Assembly (NCBI GenBank): GCA_002269645.1
Contig: NIVC01002153.1
Span: 62,001-126,000, forward strand
DNA from: Macrostomum lignano
Lineage: Eukaryota
Length of the DNA: 64,000 nt
Direction: 5' to 3'
Positions within the stretch are counted from its first letter, which is position 1. The number at the start of each line of letters is the position of its first letter. Below are positions 60,632 through 64,000 of this stretch, piece by piece. Under the pieces are notes generated by a model. It searched no databases. It saw only the letters and a program-made list of their open reading frames with translations, and was not told the origin of the DNA. Position numbers and translations under genes: made by a program.

Positions 60632-62334
60632 ATTACATAGTATAGCATTGAGCAGCTTAGCCAGAGTGCATTCTAGAGCAATGCCACATTGGTTGTCTAG
60701 ACTGGTAGATGCACCTTTCTTGGGGATGGAGACAATCTTAGAAGTGCACTAGTTGTTAGCAGCAAAAGTATCTGGGTTGCCTCCAAGTGGATAGTGTTTG
60801 TTGAGCACAGTCGTGATGTCCTGTGTCAGTTCTGGCAGCTTGAGCACCTTGGGTGGAATGCTATCTACTCCAGCGGCAGCATCGAAGTGCATAGTCTTAA
60901 AGCACTTAGTTCACCTCGTAATCAGTCAGCAGGTCAAAGTTGAAAGCTTAGCCGGAGTAAAGTTTTCAATCGGCAGCAAACCAGCAAAGGGTAGTGGAGC
61001 ATTGAGAACATTGTAGTAGTGAGTGGCAAGCAAGGCTTTGCGCAATGGTATATGGATTCAGCACCTACAGCGGCATTGGCCCTCTACTTCCTGCTAGTTA
61101 GGCAGTTGAGCGCCGTAGGGGACAGTGGCATGTTGAAGTCTCTAGCCACAAAAGCAGGTCGCAACCAAGGACCAAGTCAATGAGTGATCCCAGGTGGTCA
61201 TACATTGACTTAGTCTCGGTAGGGTCAGTAGCTATGCGTGAGGCTAAGGGGGCATAAACGCAGATTACATGAAGGTGCTTGTCCTTTGTGGCAAAAAAAG
61301 CAATGCCAAGGCAGTTGGTTGGGAAGCTGACATTCAGAAGGGCCTTTGAGGCACCAGGTGATAGCAGAAACCTGATACCTCCAGTGCCCTAGGCTGAGGC
61401 TAGGGTGGCTTGGAACTGCCAGCCAAGGCCTGGATTAGTGCATTTTTCAGTGCTCCTGCAGTGTTCTTGGACAGCCAGAATAGAGATGTTCATGCTCATT
61501 GCTAGCTTAGTTAGCTCATGCAGTCCCCAGGGGGCAGTAAGAGTTTGTGCATTGAAGGTAGCAAGTCTTGTACAGTTATCAAGCTGGTTTTGACTTTTTT
61601 TGGTTGTCTGGATTGTTCTGCTAGCTGGTGCAGTGCAGGGGACTGGCAAGGATAATGTGTCCAATCATCTAGCAGGCTCCAGCTAGGCAAGCTGCAAGTC
61701 TTGGTGGAGCTAGCGGGCAGCAGTGCGCAGTGCATTGCATTGGGCATTAAATTGTATGCATTGGTGTTTGGAGCTATGCACATTCTGCCATCCTCTGTGG
61801 GTCACCATCTTTGTTTGCCACTCTGTCAAATTGACAGCGACACCATTGGCACCTGGCCCTGTTGACTAGGGGCTGGAGGTGGGCAACCAATTGTCTTGCA
61901 TTGGGCATGAAATTATAGCCAACTGAAAACTATAGCCAATTGAAAATTATAGCCAATGTAACAAGGTCCTAAGCCAGGATGGTGTATTTTATACATCAAG
62001 CATCTGGAACCATTTTTTACCAGAAAGGTACATAGAACAGAAGAATTTTTGCCAGAAAAGCATATATTTTTGCAAAATTTTGGATTTAAATATTAGCAGT
62101 AATATTACTAGTGCAGATAATAATTTACTAAAGCTCCCTCAAAGCCAAAGAAAAAATTTAATAAAGTTTTATGTGTGCACATTTAATTTTTTTATTGTCC
62201 ATATAGAATCAATTACTTTTTGGGAGGAATTTCACCTTAGGTTCTAAGAACTTAGCATGGAATAATATTTCCCATGCATGGTATATAGTACTTATAGTCT
62301 AGAAGTCTATAGTCTTATAGTCTACTCTTCCGCA

Positions 62335-62590
62335 ATCTAGCTGCTGCCCAGCGCACTCTCACAAGGCTCTGCAACGGGGTTGCCCATGTTGGGCTGCTGG
62401 TGAATGTTTGCAAGATGGAGGCTCTGCACATAGGCTCAAATACCGCCCCAACTCTCACACTGCCCAATGGAGACTGCATCCCCTCTAGCTCTGGCCATGC
62501 TGCACCGGCTGACTGAGCAATTGTGCTGCAGCCAGGCTCGCACTGCCACTCTAACAGACTGGCTCATCGCTGACCTGCAGGCACTTGACC
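62335..62590 (+). mobile_element. Decayed RTE RT fragment
   Basis: AAQRTLTRLCNGVAHVGLLVNVCKMEAL resembles AQRLLDGL...ARVGLVINAKKTEVL at ~44.5 kb. Confidence 0.65.
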
Positions 62591-63082
62591 TGACCCTATA
62601 AGAATTAGATAGAAATTATTCATATGATACCATAGAGATAAAAATATCAAACAATAATATTTAATAACAAGTTTGCCATCTTTTCCAAAATATATAAATC
62701 ATTAAAAATATATTTAGAGACAAAACATTAAAAGAATTGAATTATTTCTTTTCCTACTTGGCATTGTACTAGGCCTAGATTTTCTTTTCTTTTTTATATG
62801 CCATATTACACTATCTACACTAGTCAATGTAGAGCTAGGCTATTTTCTATGCTGCATTATATCAATTAGCACAGTTAAATCAACCTACCACTTTTGATGC
62901 TAGAATTTTCTACAAAGGCCACCTTCTTGATTATTCATAGTCTATATACCTATTTGGCTAGTCTAGTCCATAGTTCATAGGCCCATAGTCTAAAAGGTAG
63001 CCTTTATGATAGAAAATTCTAGCATATCTTTGCATTTCATTGAAAGTCTTGGTAATATAATACTTTTTAGCATATATATACA

Positions 63083-63266
63083 ACCTTGGGAATCACCTGG
63101 CCATTTCTATTGGCAACACACATATAAGTTGCTATTGTCTAAGAGGCTAAGAGCAGTCATATGATTAATATTCTATCCAATAGCAACTGACATATGTCTA
63201 TGTACATGTACTCAAATGTGTACATGTATATGTTGCCAATAGAAATGGCCAGGTGAATCCCTAGTT
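63083..63266. mobile_element. Small MITE with ~35-bp TIRs
   Basis: GGGAATCACCTGGCCATTTCTATTGGCAACA recurs inverted. Confidence 0.75.
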
Positions 63267-64000
63267 AATACCCAAGCATACTTTTTAAGCATAGCATTGG
63301 CATACATAGTTGGTGTATAAAATAGCCAATTTTAGGTTAGGTATAGGTCTATATAGGTATATGGTATAGCTAAATTTTGGTTAAAAAAATTCTTTTAAAA
63401 ATTTATAGAAACTATACTTAAAATAGTATGTAATAGCCCTATATAAAATGAAAATAAATTGAAGAAAAAAATTTCTAGAAAAAAAGAATCTTTATAATAG
63501 TTTAGGGCCTAAAACTATTGTTTTTATTTAAAGATTATTTTGTAAAAAAAGTTTGGTATATAAGTACATTTGTACATTTAAAAAGAAGCCTGACATCCTT
63601 TATGTAGACATGTAGGCAGTGACCTATCAATATCTAGCATTTCCTCTATAAGGTATAGACTAAGGATGGTATATGACCCCTTGGATCTATTGGTGGATGC
63701 TATTGATGGCTATGTCACTTTTTAGGCCCCAAATCATTTGACCAGATCTAAAATAGCTATTAGCAATAAGTTGATATGATACAATGCTGAGTTTATATAG
63801 CTATAGCTATATCCATAGCTATCAAATTGCTATGGATATTCTATGAAAAATGTTTGAAATACCATAGTTGCTAAGCAATACTTTTGGCCTAACATGTTTT
63901 GCAACTTAAAGAAAAAATTACTAAAAAATTGTCAATCAATTTTGCTAAATTTGCTAGCTAGCTAGTAGTTACACTTTATAAAATATATTTATAATGACTA

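Larger units (their letters stand above)
58570..61620 (-). mobile_element. Old CpG-decayed RTE LINE relic (endonuclease to RT), split by a hAT MITE
   Basis: RLATFNAQTL...ILAVQEH (APE), SIPKKG, SSRVLQGDMLAPLFFIIVVDYVL (RT); many stops. Confidence 0.85.

Overview
Repeat-rich eukaryotic (animal) DNA with GT-AG introns. The RTE LINE families and extreme simple-repeat load resemble a free-living flatworm such as Macrostomum, which is inference only. Host genes: a partial coiled-coil gene (minus), a complete 5-exon ceramide kinase-like gene, a divergent 2-exon UFD1-like gene, a disrupted WSC+PAN-like gene, a 118-aa orphan ORF, and two intronless ~700-aa predicted surface proteins (21710-23827 and 35368-37389). 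Mobile DNA: an intact piggyBac, an intact Gypsy element with apparently identical LTRs, an intron-containing Helitron remnant, several RTE and RNase-H LINE fragments, CORE-type SINEs and nested MITEs. Two signals stand out. (1) The surface-protein paralogs are mosaics of ~99.5% identical blocks alternating abruptly with deeply diverged segments, like a constant/variable receptor family kept by patchy gene conversion. (2) Kilobase stretches have no CpG and many TA/CTAG/TAGGCCTA motifs, with one directly visible TCCGGA-to-TCTAGA change in a LINE relic, suggesting methylation-linked, possibly RIP-like, repeat hypermutation.
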